DNA of 63,980 bases, filler included, from Octopus bimaculoides (Eukaryota), in the NCBI RefSeq assembly GCF_001194135.2. It is 6 parts of 6 records of this genome, joined end to end, with 100 filler letters (N's around TTAATTAATTAA, not from the genome) between each part and the next. Parts side by side here need not be neighbours in the genome. Positions count along the whole stretch, not along the records: positions 1 to 15,817 come from NC_068983.1; positions 15,918 to 24,755 come from NC_069007.1; positions 24,856 to 36,512 come from NC_068981.1; 3 more parts are not named here. One strand, given 5' to 3'. A program made the translations under genes and the position numbers. The notes beneath the pieces were generated by a model. The model saw only the letters and a program-made list of their open reading frames with translations. It had not been told where the DNA came from and did no database searches. Shown here piece after piece: positions 13,250 to 25,769 of the stretch. Each line of letters starts with the position of its first letter. Position 1 is the stretch's first letter.

Positions 13250-13850
13250 TTAGGGACGGGGAACTTTGATAATTAGGAAGCCTGGTGGGTGGATACAATA
13301 TGGGGGACAAGATGAGAATGTCGATTGAGTCGAGAACATCTGAGTGAAAGTTCTCAAAAACAACCGACTCCATAAAGGAGAGCCCACTGGACTGGCGGTT
13401 GACAAAGGAAATAGAGGAAATGCGTATGAGCTAAGGCTGAATTGTTATGGTAGCCTTCCTTTGGATTCAGTCAAGGCTGTCTGTGTGTGAACCAACAGTA
13501 CTCGGTGTGTGAGTAGTGCCTTTTTGTGAAGAGAGTACTGAAGTACTGGCTCTGAAGAAGGAGTTCAGTTTTTGTGTTGCAGTTTTGACCATGAGGAAAA
13601 TATATGTTCATCAGGAGATATCATTGGTAATGGTGTGACCCTTTTGGGAATGGGACACGCATCAGTGATTTCACTGTATATAAATCACTGAAAAGATCGA
13701 GAGATTGAAGAGTTTAGATAAAGTGGATGCTAACTTTGAGGCGCATTGATTAAAGGGCCAAAAGTAATGGAAGAAACTTTGTCAAGACCAGTAGCTTTGT
13801 TGATTTGAATGGACCGGAAATGCTTTGGGCATATTTGTGTCTTGTTTTCA
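13250..13850 (-). pseudogene. CR1/Jockey-type LINE ORF2 remnant, internally deleted
   Basis: Minus strand: NKATGLDK, CASKLASTLSKLFNLS and PIPKR (RT N-terminal), then HTDSLD*IQRKA and LQPLAH (C-terminal). Confidence 0.75.
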
Positions 13851-14280
13851 GTTTTCTAAATATAGAAACAAAAGTTCCGGTTTAGCACCAGATTACCGAG
13901 ATAGTATTTGCCATTGAAGAAACGAAATCTAGTCGTCCGTTGACGTCACTTGAAGTTTTTACTGACGAAAATTTATAGACATTTTTCTCCGGCAACGAAT
14001 GTCATTCACTTTCTAGTGTGGAGCGGTGTGTAAAAATAAATGTACACACCTTTACATACATACATACATATCAAAGCAAAGAGGATTAATAAGGAATTAG
14101 TAATCCCTGGCGAAATACTTCTTATGCTCTCGATAGATAAAAAATACACCAAGCTAACAAAGACCTCTTGTGGTTGCTATTGTATTCCAAGTAATCCGAA
14201 ATCAAAATCCATCACCAGTCAAATTTGTATAGCTGTGGTTTTAATATCCAGTTGAGACCGCATATTTTTAAATAGTGATA

Positions 14281-15207
14281 CATAAAATAGAAAAATGGGT
14301 TATATACATTTATTTATCTATTATAATCTTACAGTTGTTTCAGATACGTATTTTGGTGTGTTCATGGTTCAATCTTATCAATCGATCGATTGATCGACTG
14401 AAAATATAGGGAGACATTAGCTCAAAGCTATCTTCTTCAGAGCCAAAATAAATCTACTGCCCAAAGAAAAGAAGAAAAGAAAAAGGAAGAAATTTGTTCA
14501 ATGTGGCATTTTTCCTATAGAACTAAGTAATCTATTTTTAACCATCAACCTTAAGCCAATACTGGTTCTTATCACGGGTAGATAGTATTGATATCTAGTA
14601 AAGAAATTTGATATCCTACAACCACCATGCAATCAGTGGCAGATTGTTGGCGATTACTAAATTTTGGAAAAAAATATTAGGAGAAATATATGCAAATGTA
14701 GAAACCGAAAGGTAGTGAGGGTACTACTTATTATTTTAAACTTGAAGTCCCAAAATCCATATATTCGTCATGGATTCATATAAATGTCAATAATTAACGG
14801 TAATGGTTAAAACAAGTTCAAAGTGAAGAAGATAAAACCAAAACAAAATTTTAAAAAATAAAGCCAAAACAAAACAAAAACAACATAAATAAAAATAAAA
14901 TATTAATCACCTGTGGTAAGAGCCAACAATAACATCAGGTTAATGGCAAAAAAATAATTCTGCATAAAAAATGTCACATTGACCAAATACCTTCCCTTTT
15001 TTTTTTTTTAATTCTGGCAGTGTTTATTTTAGCTATGAAGAAGCTGACTTTGGGCTTGTGGTTTTCAATATTTTCAATCACTCAATTCGATCAATCGATC
15101 GATTGATAAGGATGAACAATGAACACGCCCACACGCATATCTGAAACTGTTGGAAGTCTATAGTAAATAAATAAATGCATATAATCCATTATTTCTGTTT
15201 ATTTTAC
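14281..15207. repeat. Long imperfect inverted repeat (~240-bp arms); third partial copy at 11095-11270
   Basis: 14281-14520 aligns to the reverse complement of about 14950-15207. Both arms carry the perfect 18-bp palindrome atcaatcgatcgattgat (14377-14394; 15090-15107). Confidence 0.8.
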
Positions 15208-15241
15208 ATATACACAGACACACACAGAACACACACACATA

Positions 15242-15817
15242 TGTAGTGAAACTACCTATCGTCACTAGATACAAAACTGCTATCGCCATTCTTCTCATTT
15301 AAATATAAACAAACGCGAACGTAGCGGAAAACATTAACCTTGTCATCACGTGACTGATCATTATTCGAATCGGCAACTTCTTCGAACCGTTCCCGCCAGA
15401 ACGCAAATTGACCAATCACAGCCCTTAATAAGGTCACGTGATAGAGTATATTTCTGATATCTGGTGAGCCGATAATTCGCTATAAATAAATCAACTCATA
15501 CCCAACAAATTTGTCTCGGCCCAGTTTCTCTATAGAAACTGTTCCGTGTACCACACGACAGCAGCAGCAACAATCAGCCAGCGACCACTTCAACAGCTTC
15601 GTCCAGCCAACGATGACCACCGCCGTCGCCACATCAGCAACACCAGTCTACGACTACTATCCAGCATCATCGTCATGACCAACACGATTACTACCAAGCA
15701 GCCTCTACACCACCAGCGTCAACACGACTTACTATGTACACCAAACCACGGCGGCACCTCTCTCTCTTCGATTCTGTTAGGTGACTTAGCTTCACCACGA
15801 TAAATAAACAGACAAGA
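15242..15817 (+). mobile_element. LTR-like element, 5' part (truncated at scaffold end)
   Basis: Starts TGTAGTGAAAC after CATA; 15242-15540 is homologous to 53281-53580. Contains CACGTG, CCAAT (15412) and TATAAA (15481). Confidence 0.65.
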
Positions 15818-15917
15818 NNNNNNNNNNNNNNNNNNNNNNNNNNNNNNNNNNNNNNNNNNNNTTAATTAATTAANNNNNNNNNNNNNNNNNNNNNNNNNNN
15901 NNNNNNNNNNNNNNNNN
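15818..15917. other. Artificial scaffold-joining spacer (N44-TTAATTAATTAA-N44)
   Basis: Exact 100-bp layout; the 12-mer gives stops in all six frames. Confidence 0.95.
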
Positions 15918-16010
15918 TACACTCTCGGAGTGGTTGGCGTTAGGAAGGGCATCCAGTTGTAGAAACTCTGCCAAATCAGCAAGCTACTTACCACACAGCC
16001 ACTCCTAGGC

Positions 16011-16190
16011 CTAAGGAAAAAAAACAACAAAAAAACTCGGATCTTTTGCATGGAATCAAGTACCCTGACCTCCTAATATGCTGTAAACCCCTTATTTTTG
16101 TTCGGAAAAGGTGGGGGGAACAAAATTATTAAGCAGACCAGGGTACTTGATTCCACGCAAAACATCCGAGTTTTTTTTTTTTTTTCTTAG
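16011..16190. mobile_element. 180-bp MITE with ~55-60-bp TIRs
   Basis: ctaagg(a-rich)ctcggatcttttgcatggaatcaagtaccctg at left versus cagggtacttgattccacgcaaaacatccgag(t)n cttag at right. Confidence 0.8.
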
Positions 16191-16833
16191 TGAAAATCGT
16201 GCGGGTGAAAGGATCAAATAATACCAAAATAATGTACTGGGGTCGATTCATTTAAGGCGTTGCCCCAGCATGGCCGGAGCCTAATGACTGAAACAAATAA
16301 AAGATAAATGCTAGGAAAATTGATACCTCATTAGTTGATGAGTTGGTGGTTAAAACTTATTTCCCTTCTTTTGTATAAATTAACGATGTAACGAAATGAA
16401 ATGTGTAAACATGAAGACGACGGAACATCGAACCTGGAATATGTAAGTCGCCTTCTCTTATCCACAGACATTAATATCTACCTTAACAAAAGATAATTCC
16501 GACACGACATAATTAAATGATTATTAAACCACCAAGATGGACTTATTGTCGACTTAATGATGCCGGTGACAATGGTTAAGTGTCCTCAATGTAATTTAAT
16601 ACATTCGGAAATAACTTCAGTTCTATAAATTAGCTCTTTTGTTTGGAATCCAACCCATGCAAAATAAAAAATACATCACTTAGATATCGTTATAAGATGT
16701 ATTCATAAACCACCAAAATGTAAAACAGATATTTTCTTGTAAAATTTAAACTCTACGTTAAATAAATTGGAAACAATGGGTTATTGAACTTATTCCTATC
16801 GGAGGTGGGGCTCTTAACATAGATTGATATATA

Positions 16834-16888
16834 TATTAGGTTGTCCGGAAAGTTCGTGCCGATTTTCAAAGGAAAGAAAAAGGTCAAT
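16834..16888 (+). mobile_element. Mariner-type terminal inverted repeat (rest lost in N gap)
   Basis: TA|TTAGGTTGTCCGGAAAGTTCGTGCCGATTT, a TTAGGTTG-type mariner TIR after a TA target. Confidence 0.6.
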
Positions 16889-17049
16889 NNNNNNNNNNNN
16901 NNNNNNNNNNNNNNNNNNNNNNNNNNNNNNNNNNNNNNNNNNNNNNNNNNNNNNNNNNNNNNNNNNNNNNNNNNNNNNNNNNNNNNNNCCCAAAACTCCA
17001 GAGCTCCCAGACTGGAGCAGAAACATACATACATACATACATACATGTG

Positions 17050-17400
17050 TGTTGGGCCTCACAAAGGCAAAGTGGCTGAGTTCCTTTCGAGTGTTGGGCC
17101 TCATGGAGGCAATGACCAAGACCTTTGGCATTATGTCATGCTTGAGAAGACGCCCCATCAAGCCGAGCAGAATCACAATGGTGGCAGATACTGGTGTCGT
17201 GCAAATTGGCACCCGTGCTGGTGGCACTTAAAAGTACCCATTACACTCTCAGAGTGGTGGGCATTAGGAAGGGCCTCCAGCTGTAGAAAAACCATGGCAA
17301 ATCAGACTGGAGTATAGTGCAGCCTTCCAGCGTGCCAGCCCGGTCAAACCATCCAACCCATGCCAGCATGGACAACGGACGTTAAATGATGATGATGATC
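17050..17400 (+). mobile_element. Retroposon 3' region with (ATG)n tail (RTE-like LINE/SINE)
   Basis: ...gcattaggaagggcctccagctgtagaaa...acggacgttaaatgatgatgatg; homologous pieces at 15918-15980, 19630-19710 and 22120-22385. Confidence 0.7.
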
Positions 17401-18703
17401 ATGATACATACATACATGTATATATATACATACATTCATACATACATACATTTATACATGCATTCATATATACATATATATTCATGCATTCATATATATA
17501 TACAAACATACAAAGTTATCTAAGAAAAGTTACATAAAAAAGTAAATGAGCAGCTAAATTATCTATTAGCAAAAAGCTTTGATATTCATTTAAAAAGATT
17601 ATAACCCAGTAGAATTTCTGATGCTTTCAATCACCCCCAGAATGGCAAAAGGGTCAATTAGTTCAGTTTTCTCTCTACTTTCCCCAACTTTGAAACAGAT
17701 AAGAAGAATATTATCATTCTCAGAAAAGAGAAACCAACGCTTAAGCTGAAAATCGAAACCGAAGTGGGCAGCAAGGAATGTCATTGTTATTTTGATTGAA
17801 AGAATTATGAATAGTCTGAGTGAATGACGAGATGACCCATTCTGAATAAATTTTTCTATTTCCCATGACTTTTAATTTGTCAGTATAAGAACACATTTTC
17901 TCAGCTTAGAAGTAATATTGTAAACGAATATCACTTTCAAGTGATGTTCAAAATGAAACCATTTAATTGTATAGGTGTTAGAAGTGAAGGTGTAATTAAA
18001 CCAATGATGGAAAAAAAAAAAAAAAACAGCATTTGTTGCTGTTATGTTTCAAAACAGTGCATTGTAGGGGAGAAACTATTTTCATTTTTTAGACTCCCCA
18101 TATCTCAAAGCATATAGAATACTACACTTTTCATGTTGGACTGCATGCTCTAATTTCCTAGTTACCTTCTGCAACTGGTGTATATGTGTGTGTGTGTGTG
18201 TATAATGTAGCAAATTTATAAACAAGGGTACAAAATAGTACCAGCATGTCTAGAAACAAGAGTCAAAAACAACTCAATGAGTCACATATGTGGCTAACTG
18301 AGTCATTTCTGATTCTTGTTTCTCGCAATGTTAATACTATTTTGTAGCCTTGTTTATATATATAGAAAAGAAAGTTACTTTATTCCACACAGGTAGAAAT
18401 ATAGGGAAAATAAAAGTTGAAAATGCACCGAAAATAGGTGAAATATTTCTTTTATTATTATATTTAAAGATTTAACCAGTTTCCTTGGTTACACTGATTC
18501 TCAAAAGGTTGAAATAGAAAGATGGGGCTGATGTTGCAGCCGTCTTGCTCCTGACTAGTGTTTGAAGCTTTCCCCTTTTTTTATAGGGAGTTCATAACTT
18601 AGATTAGTATATGTTTTGAATAGGACTTGATTTGCAAAGGACAGTCACATGACTGGTCTTAGAAATTTTTGTATATATGCACATTTCCATACATATGTAT
18701 AGG

Positions 18704-18745
<42 letters not shown>

Positions 18746-18754
18746 CTTTCTTAA

Positions 18755-18965
18755 CCCTTTAGTGTTCACATTATTCTGCCAAAATTGATGCTTTTTTATC
18801 CACATTGCTTTGAACTAATCATGCATTTTCTTGTAGCTATGAGATTTTGATAAGGTAGCTGCTAATTTTTAAAACGATATTGTAGGGTTGGTGTGAGAGA
18901 CCAGATCTGGCCAGTTCTAACATAAAACAGGCAGGATACTTATGGCCGGTTTAAATGCTAAAGGG
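18755..18965. mobile_element. piggyBac-type MITE (211 bp)
   Basis: TTAA|CCCTTTAG...CTAAAGGG|TTAA, with the TTAA TSD at 18751-18754 and 18966-18969. Confidence 0.85.
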
Positions 18966-19782
18966 TTAAATGTAAAAATCTAAAACTTTGGAGATATATA
19001 TATATATATATACATACACATACATACATACAGACATACATATATACATACATACATACATACATACACACACACTCACACATATATATATACATACATA
19101 TATNNNNNNNNNNNNNNNNNNNNNNNNNNNNNNNNNNNNNNNNNNNNNNNNNNNNNNNNNNNNNNNNNNNNNNNNNNNNNNNNNNNNNNNNNNNNNNNNN
19201 NNNNNNNNNNNNNNNNNNNNNNNNNNNNNNNNNNNNNNNNNNNNNNNNNNNNNNNNNNNNNNNNNNNNNNNNNNNNNNNNNNNNNNNNNNNNNNNNNNNN
19301 NNNNNNNNNNNNNNNNNNNNNNNNNNNNNNNNNNNNNNNNNNNNNNNNNNNNNNNNNNNNNNNNNNNNNNNNNNNNNNNNNNNNNNNNNNNNNNNNNNNN
19401 NNNNNNNNNNNNNNNNNNNNNNNNNNNNNNNNNNNNNNNNNNNNNNNNNNNNNNNNNNNNNNNNNNNNNNATATATATATATATATGTAACGATAAAAAA
19501 TTGTGTAGTTACCAATTGTAACCGGTAAGATTTGAAATAATTGCATATTGTAGGATGCAAAAGATGGAGAATGAAGGAAGTTTTTAAGAAAGTATTTATT
19601 TACCGTTACGTCTGGTACCTGACTGCTTTGGCATGTTTATTGTGGGTGGATGCTCTTCCTAATGCCACCACTTTACAGCATGGACTGAGTGCTTTTAAGG
19701 TGGCACCGCATGGTGGCATAGTTTCAACGACTGGATTTTAATATTTCAATGATGTTTATATCCTTGTGATTCTATAGACCTT

Positions 19783-19860
19783 GGTATAAGTTGGCTGGGA
19801 ACCTGGGGCCCCACCAAAATTGCTCCCAATTGGGTCCTGCACCTCCTAAGACCAGCCCTG
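19783..19860. mobile_element. Terminal fragment of a hAT-like MITE
   Basis: ggggcccc...gggtcctgcacctcctaagaccagccctg, a CAGGG-type TIR end; no partner end seen. Confidence 0.45.
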
Positions 19861-20137
19861 TGTGCACGTGTGTGTGTGCGTGCGTGTGTGTGTGTGTGTG
19901 TATGTGTGTGTGTGTGTATGAAGGTGTGTCTGGATTGCTCCTTATCGTCATCACGACTTCATTGAAATATCACAAAATTGATAAATCCTACACAACAGAA
20001 CAAGAGCAAGTGTCATGAAAGACACGTACGAAGAAGAAGTGTCACGAAGAAGTGTCACGAAGAAGAAGTGTTATGAAGAAGTGTCACAAATAAAGTAGTA
20101 AACAACAAAAGCAAGGATACTTGCACTCAAAAATACA

Positions 20138-20168
<31 letters not shown>

Positions 20169-20189
20169 GTCACCTTCCCCTGTCAGTTG

Positions 20190-20672
20190 AGTAAAGTATC
20201 ATTCAAACTGATCTTTATTGGTAATAAAACTTAATTTGCAACACCTGTGCGTATTTATCAGCTTTGCTTTTGTTGGTAATTCTTATCAACAACTTTTCCG
20301 GTGATCATGATTTGAGAAGACATACAGCAGTATGCTAAAGATTGGACATAATCTCTCGTGGGCAAGAAATGCAAAATAAAATTTATTATAAACAACACAA
20401 ACACTTTGTAATTTAATAGCTGTCAATGTGATACCTGTTAAACAGAAACGATTTTTATTTAATGAAAATTTAATAAAATCTGATCATAAGTAAGTGAAAT
20501 TAAGCTAAATACAACTAAACTGAAAACCTATTTCTCCTGGCTATATCGGCGATTCTGAAAACTTTTGGGTGCGAATTTTACATGAGTAGAAGTCTTTTTT
20601 TAAACAAATTTTATCCTGAAAATCACCTGCGTAAATTACGCAGGTGTGCAAATTACATGAGTTTTTATGGTA
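20190..20672. mobile_element. Tc1/pogo-like non-autonomous element, right-hand part
   Basis: Two subterminal gggtgcgaat..tacatgagt motifs (about 20568 and 20643) and a terminal tatggta, as in TACCGTA-TIR elements. Left boundary uncertain. Confidence 0.4.
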
Positions 20673-20925
20673 GTTTTCACATTTATTATATCATATTATA
20701 TTATATTATATTATATATATATATTTGTAATTTCTTCTTTGTGATATAATCTTGGGAAAGAATATATTTGCAGCTGAAAATAGCTTTATACCATCCTGTC
20801 TATCAATTATATACCCATATAATGATGCAATGACTGTTTGTGTATAAAGCTTGAAACACGTGTACTGCGGAATCCTTTGTGTTCTGTTTTCATTTTACGT
20901 TTTTAATTTATATATATATATATAC

Positions 20926-20973
<48 letters not shown>

Positions 20974-21100
20974 NNNNNNNNNNNNNNNNNNNNNNNNNNN
21001 NNNNNNNNNNNNNNNNNNNNNNNNNNNNNNNNNNNNNNNNNNNNNNNNNNNNNNNNNNNNNNNNNNNNNNNNNNNNNNNNNNNNNNNNNNNNNNNNNNNN

Positions 21101-21840
21101 TGAATATGCTAACAAAGAAGGTGGAAATAGCAGCAGAGGATGAAGTAGAAGAGTGCCTTCAAGAAATAAAAAACAGACAGGTGGGCATTTGTACCTTCTT
21201 ATTTCTTTATTGCCCACAAGGGGCTAAACATAGAGAGGACAAACAAGGACAGACAAAGGGATTAAGTCGATTACATCGACCCCAGTGCGTAACTGGTACT
21301 TAATTTATTGACCCCGAAAGGATGAAAGGCAAAGTTGACCTCGGTGGAATTTGAACTCAGAACGTAATGGCAGACGAAATACCGCTAAGCATTTCGCCCG
21401 GTGAGCTACCGATTCTGCCAGCTCGCCGCCTTTTGTACTTTCTTACTGCGGCAAACATGCGGCCAAAGTAAGGATAGGTAGAGTGCCCCCAGAAATCGAC
21501 GAGGCATGGCTGGTAGCAGCCATCCTATATAATTCAGAAGAGGATGTGCAGATATTAAAAATATCCCAAACAACGGAGGTAAATTGCTGGAGGATATGGA
21601 CTGGAGGTTCTGGTCCATATTAGCCTGTCAGACCTCCATAAAATAGCAGAGGAGTTGGTGCTTGCGGATGACATGAGACTGCGAATCGTTGTGGAGGGGA
21701 GACCTCCAGTATGCTGCTCTTGTGAAACAAGGGGACACATGAGAGCAAAGTGTCCCCAGAAAAGCGAACAGGAGGAGGTGGAGGAGAGTCGGGAAGAAGC
21801 GACTGCAACTGCAGAGGAGGAAATGGAGGAGTATAGGTAG
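21101..21840 (+). pseudogene. Tx1/L1-like LINE ORF1 remnant with CCHC zinc knuckle, interrupted by a SINE
   Basis: SYCGKHAAKVRIGRVPPEIDEAWLVAAI...LRIVVEGRPPVCCSCETRGHMRAKC (C-x2-C-x3-GH-x4-C), followed by an E/K-rich tail. Confidence 0.75.
21202..21431 (-). mobile_element. Full-length tRNA-derived SINE with Deu/Nin-like central domain
   Basis: Minus strand aaggcggcgagctggcagaatc...gagttcaaattcc...gcctttcatcctttcggggtc. 14-bp TSD tttgtac(c/t)ttctta at 21188-21201 and 21432-21445. Confidence 0.9.
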
Positions 21841-22117
21841 AAAGGAAGAGAAACAATGTGGAGTCTCCACCTAAAAAGTAAAGAAAGGTGGAGGAAATTA
21901 AGAATGGAAAAAGAAAAAATGAGGTTCCAATGGAGGAACGAACGCAGAGACCGGAACCTTCAACTGGTAAGGAGGAAGAAAGACGGAAGAAGAGACTTGA
22001 AAGTGAGAAGGGGCACAGAAATATTAGCAACAGAGGTGGAGAGTAAGGGGCTACAGCCGAGAAAGCCACCGGACAGGAAACAGGAAAGAGTGATGGTTTG
22101 TTACCGAAAGAGCATGG

Positions 22118-22119
<2 letters not shown>

Positions 22120-22149
<30 letters not shown>

Positions 22150-22385
22150 GTTTAACGTCCGCTTTCCATGCTAGCATGGGTTGGACGATTTGACTGAGGA
22201 CTGGTGGAACCCGAAGGCTACACCAGGCACCAATCTGATTTGGCAGAGTTTCTACAGCTGGATGCCCTTCCTAACGCCAATCACTCAGAGTGTAGTGGGT
22301 GCTTTTATGTGCCACCAGCACGAAGGCCAGTCAGGAGGTACTGGCAACGGCCATGCTCAAAATGATGTTTTTTACGTGCCACCTG
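22120..22385 (-). mobile_element. Retroposon 3' end with (ATC)n tail, same family as 17050-17400
   Basis: (atc)n gtttaacgtccgctttccatgc...ggatgcccttcctaacgccaa. Confidence 0.75.
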
Positions 22386-22941
22386 NNNNNNNNNNNNNNN
22401 NNNNNNNNNNNNNNNNNNNNNNNNNNNNNNNNNNNNNNNNNNNNNNNNNNNNNNNNNNNNNNNNNNNNNNNNNNNNNNNNNNNNNNNNNNNNNNNNNNNN
22501 NNNNNNNNNNNNNNNNNNNNNNNNNNNNNNNNNNNNNNNNNNNNNNNNNNNNNNNNNNNNNNNNNNNNNNNNNNNNNNNNNNNNNNNNNNNNNNNNNNNN
22601 NNNNNNNNNNNNNNNNNNNNNNNNNNNNNNNNNNNNNNNNNNNNNNNNNNNNNNNNNNNNNNNNNNNNNNNNNNNNNNNNNNNNNNNNNNNNNNNNNNNN
22701 NNNNNNNNNNNNNNNNNNNNNNNNNNNNNNNNNNNNNNNNNNNNNNNNNNNNNNNNNNNNNNNNNNNNNNNNNNNNNNNNNNNNNNNNNNNNNNNNNNNN
22801 NNNNNNNNNNNNNNNNNNNNNNNNNNNNNNNNNNNNNNNNNNNNNNNNNNNNNNNNNNNNNNNNNNNNNNNNNNNNNNNNNNNNNNNNCGTCAAATGTAA
22901 ATAATGTAAATAATTCCTCATCTCTTAAATATAGAACTGTA

Positions 22942-22999
<58 letters not shown>

Positions 23000-23460
23000 A
23001 GGGATGATCATTTATAAGTAAATGAAAGTAATTGAGAAGTAAATAAATGCTTAAGAGAAATGATAATATCAAACCTTGAAAGTGTTGTTCTTGCTTGCTT
23101 TGTTGTTTCAGTAGAGCTGACCTGGTTGTAGTGAAGGCAGAAATGGGGATTGCTATTTATATGTTGTGACACTTGCACAAATGCACGCACATGTGCATGC
23201 GCATGCACAGATACACACACGTAGGCACACACACACACACACTGAAACATGCAGATAAAAACCACTTGAAACAATTGTGTCCCCACATAGTATGTGTCTA
23301 CATATGTAGGCATTTGTGTGTGTGTGTGTGTACACACAACCAACACACTCACACACATATATGCACATACATACATACATACATACATACATACATACAT
23401 ACGTACATATATATACACACAACTTCTAATCGAATTATATATATATATATATATATATAT

Positions 23461-23688
23461 AGGCGCAGGAGTGGCTGTTTGGTAAGTAGATTGCTTACCA
23501 ACCACATGGTTCCAGGTTCAGTCCAACTGTGTGGCACCTTGGGCAAGTGTCTTCTACTATAGTCTCGGGCCGACCAAAGCCGTGTGAATGGATTTGGTAG
23601 ATGGAAACTGAAAGAAGACCGTCGTATATATGTATATGTGTGTGTGTGTATATGTTTGTGTCTGTGTTTGTTCACCCAACATCGCTTG
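23461..23688 (+). mobile_element. CORE-like tRNA-derived SINE, 5' half (runs into gap)
   Basis: aggcgcaggagtggctg..tggtaag head, ggttcagtcc B box and accttgggcaagtgtc CORE-like motif. Confidence 0.85.
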
Positions 23689-24015
23689 NNNNNNNNNNNN
23701 NNNNNNNNNNNNNNNNNNNNNNNNNNNNNNNNNNNNNNNNNNNNNNNNNNNNNNNNNNNNNNNNNNNNNNNNNNNNNNNNNNNNNNNNNNNNNNNNNNNN
23801 NNNNNNNNNNNNNNNNNNNNNNNNNNNNNNNNNNNNNNNNNNNNNNNNNNNNNNNNNNNNNNNNNNNNNNNNNNNNNNNNNNNNNNNNNNNNNNNNNNNN
23901 NNNNNNNNNNNNNNNNNNNNNNNNNNNNNNNNNNNNNNNNNNNNNNNNNNNNNNNNNNNNNNNNNNNNNNNNNNNNNNNNNNNNNNNNNNNNNNNNNNNN
24001 NNNNNNNNNNNNNNN

Positions 24016-24632
24016 AAAATAATGTGGGAAATTTCCTATGACATGGAGGAACTGGCCATGTACTTAAATGATACTCTTCCCAAGCTTCTACCTGATCGAT
24101 GTGGTGCATGTTCTACTGTCATAGAATGTATTAACAGTAACACATGAGGACTTTATTTCTTAGATGCTCCAGAAGGTACTGGGAAAACATTTGTAATTAA
24201 ACTCCTCCTGGCTAAAGTTTGTCAAGAAAACAAAATAGTTTTAGCTACTGCTATTCCTGGGATTGCAGCAAGATTATTACCTGGAGGTTGGACAGCCCAT
24301 TCAACATTCAAGTTACCTTTAGATTTATCGGATATTTTCAATCTAGTAGCCACACTCATCAATTAATTTTCTTTAACTAAACACTTTGAAACTTCAGATA
24401 CTGGTACAATATGTCACATAGAACAGGATTTACTCTTAGCATTGTCAAAGTGTTTACTTACAAAAAATCAATTAATCGATGTGGCTACCAGATTGAAATG
24501 ATCCGATTTATCTAACAAAGATCCAGTTTGTAATATATCTAAAAATTCTGGAATGGGTGAACTAATACAAAGATGTCACTTAATTGTCTGGGACGAATGT
24601 ACCATGGCCCACAAAAATGCTTTTGAATCTGT
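24016..24632 (+). pseudogene. Helitron RepHel PIF1-family helicase remnant
   Basis: GLYFLDAPEGTGKTF (Walker A, 24163-24189), GIAARLLPGGWTAHSTFKLPL, then after the MITE CNISKNSGMGELIQRCHLIVWDECTMAHKNAFESV (Walker B). In-frame TGA at 24145-24147. Confidence 0.9.
24330..24504. mobile_element. 175-bp MITE with 8-bp TSD inserted in the Helitron helicase
   Basis: TSD gatttatc at 24322-24329 and 24505-24512. The terminal 25 bp of the TIRs match at 22/25, and imperfect similarity extends to about 65 bp. Confidence 0.92.
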
Positions 24633-24755
24633 TCAATCCCATTGCTGGAATCTTGGGCAAGTGTCTTCTACTATAGCCTCGGGCCGACCAAAGCCTTGTG
24701 AGTGGATTTGGTAGATGGAAACTGATTGAAGCCTGTTGTATATATGTATATATAT
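24630..24755 (+). mobile_element. 5'-truncated CORE-like SINE abutting the Helitron remnant
   Basis: cttgggcaagtgtcttctactatagcctcgggccgaccaaagcc, as at 23540-23600. Confidence 0.8.
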
Positions 24756-24855
24756 NNNNNNNNNNNNNNNNNNNNNNNNNNNNNNNNNNNNNNNNNNNNT
24801 TAATTAATTAANNNNNNNNNNNNNNNNNNNNNNNNNNNNNNNNNNNNNNNNNNNN
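24756..24855. other. Artificial scaffold-joining spacer
   Basis: N44-TTAATTAATTAA (24800-24811)-N44. Confidence 0.95.
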
Positions 24856-24949
24856 ACCAGAGTAGGCACATAAATGCGAAACAAAGTGGGGAAAAATAGT
24901 ACTGGAATACCAGAGGTATAGTAATACGCTTTATTAATGGGTACATATA

Positions 24950-25002
<53 letters not shown>

Positions 25003-25520
25003 ACACATGTTTGTATACAAAGTACACGTTCCATACACATGCAAAAAAAAAATATATGTATTCGCAAATGATATTATGCTGGCAATGAAACTTGTACTCT
25101 TACACAAATGCCTACACGTACACACTGGGTGAATGCCACACACATATACACATATACGCACACACGTACATACCCACACTACACATTCCTTTGCGCCTGT
25201 ATGTATGACTGGATCTCATATGAAAACGGATATATTTGTAGACATTTCCCGTTTTAAATTATATTCAGTCGTGGATATCTCACTGAACGGCACCGAAACT
25301 ACCTCACTCTGTGATTCCCCTATTTTATTCACCCGTTCATATTATATTACGAGTATTATGTTAATATTACTGACTCTTACATGAGATGCATTTAGAGTGC
25401 ACGCAAATTTTCAGCATGAGAGAGGTAAATGCGTGCGAGTATACATTACATACATTTGGATATTTCATTGATTTACGCAAAGAGGAAAGATATATTTTTA
25501 GCGTGTTGCTTGGTGTGTAC

Positions 25521-25552
<32 letters not shown>

Positions 25553-25638
25553 CTGTGTGCCCGTGTGTGTGCGCGTGACTCTGTGTGCGCGTGTCTGCGT
25601 GCCTGCGAGTTTAGAAAGATACATGAAAAAATTGAATA

Positions 25639-25676
<38 letters not shown>

Positions 25677-25709
25677 ATCTATCTATCTTATCTATCTATC
25701 TTATCTATC

Positions 25710-25769
<60 letters not shown>

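Noticed and set aside
20008-20087. Short tandem repeat gaagaagtgtcac x4-5
   Set aside because: Ordinary degenerate minisatellite; no further structure.
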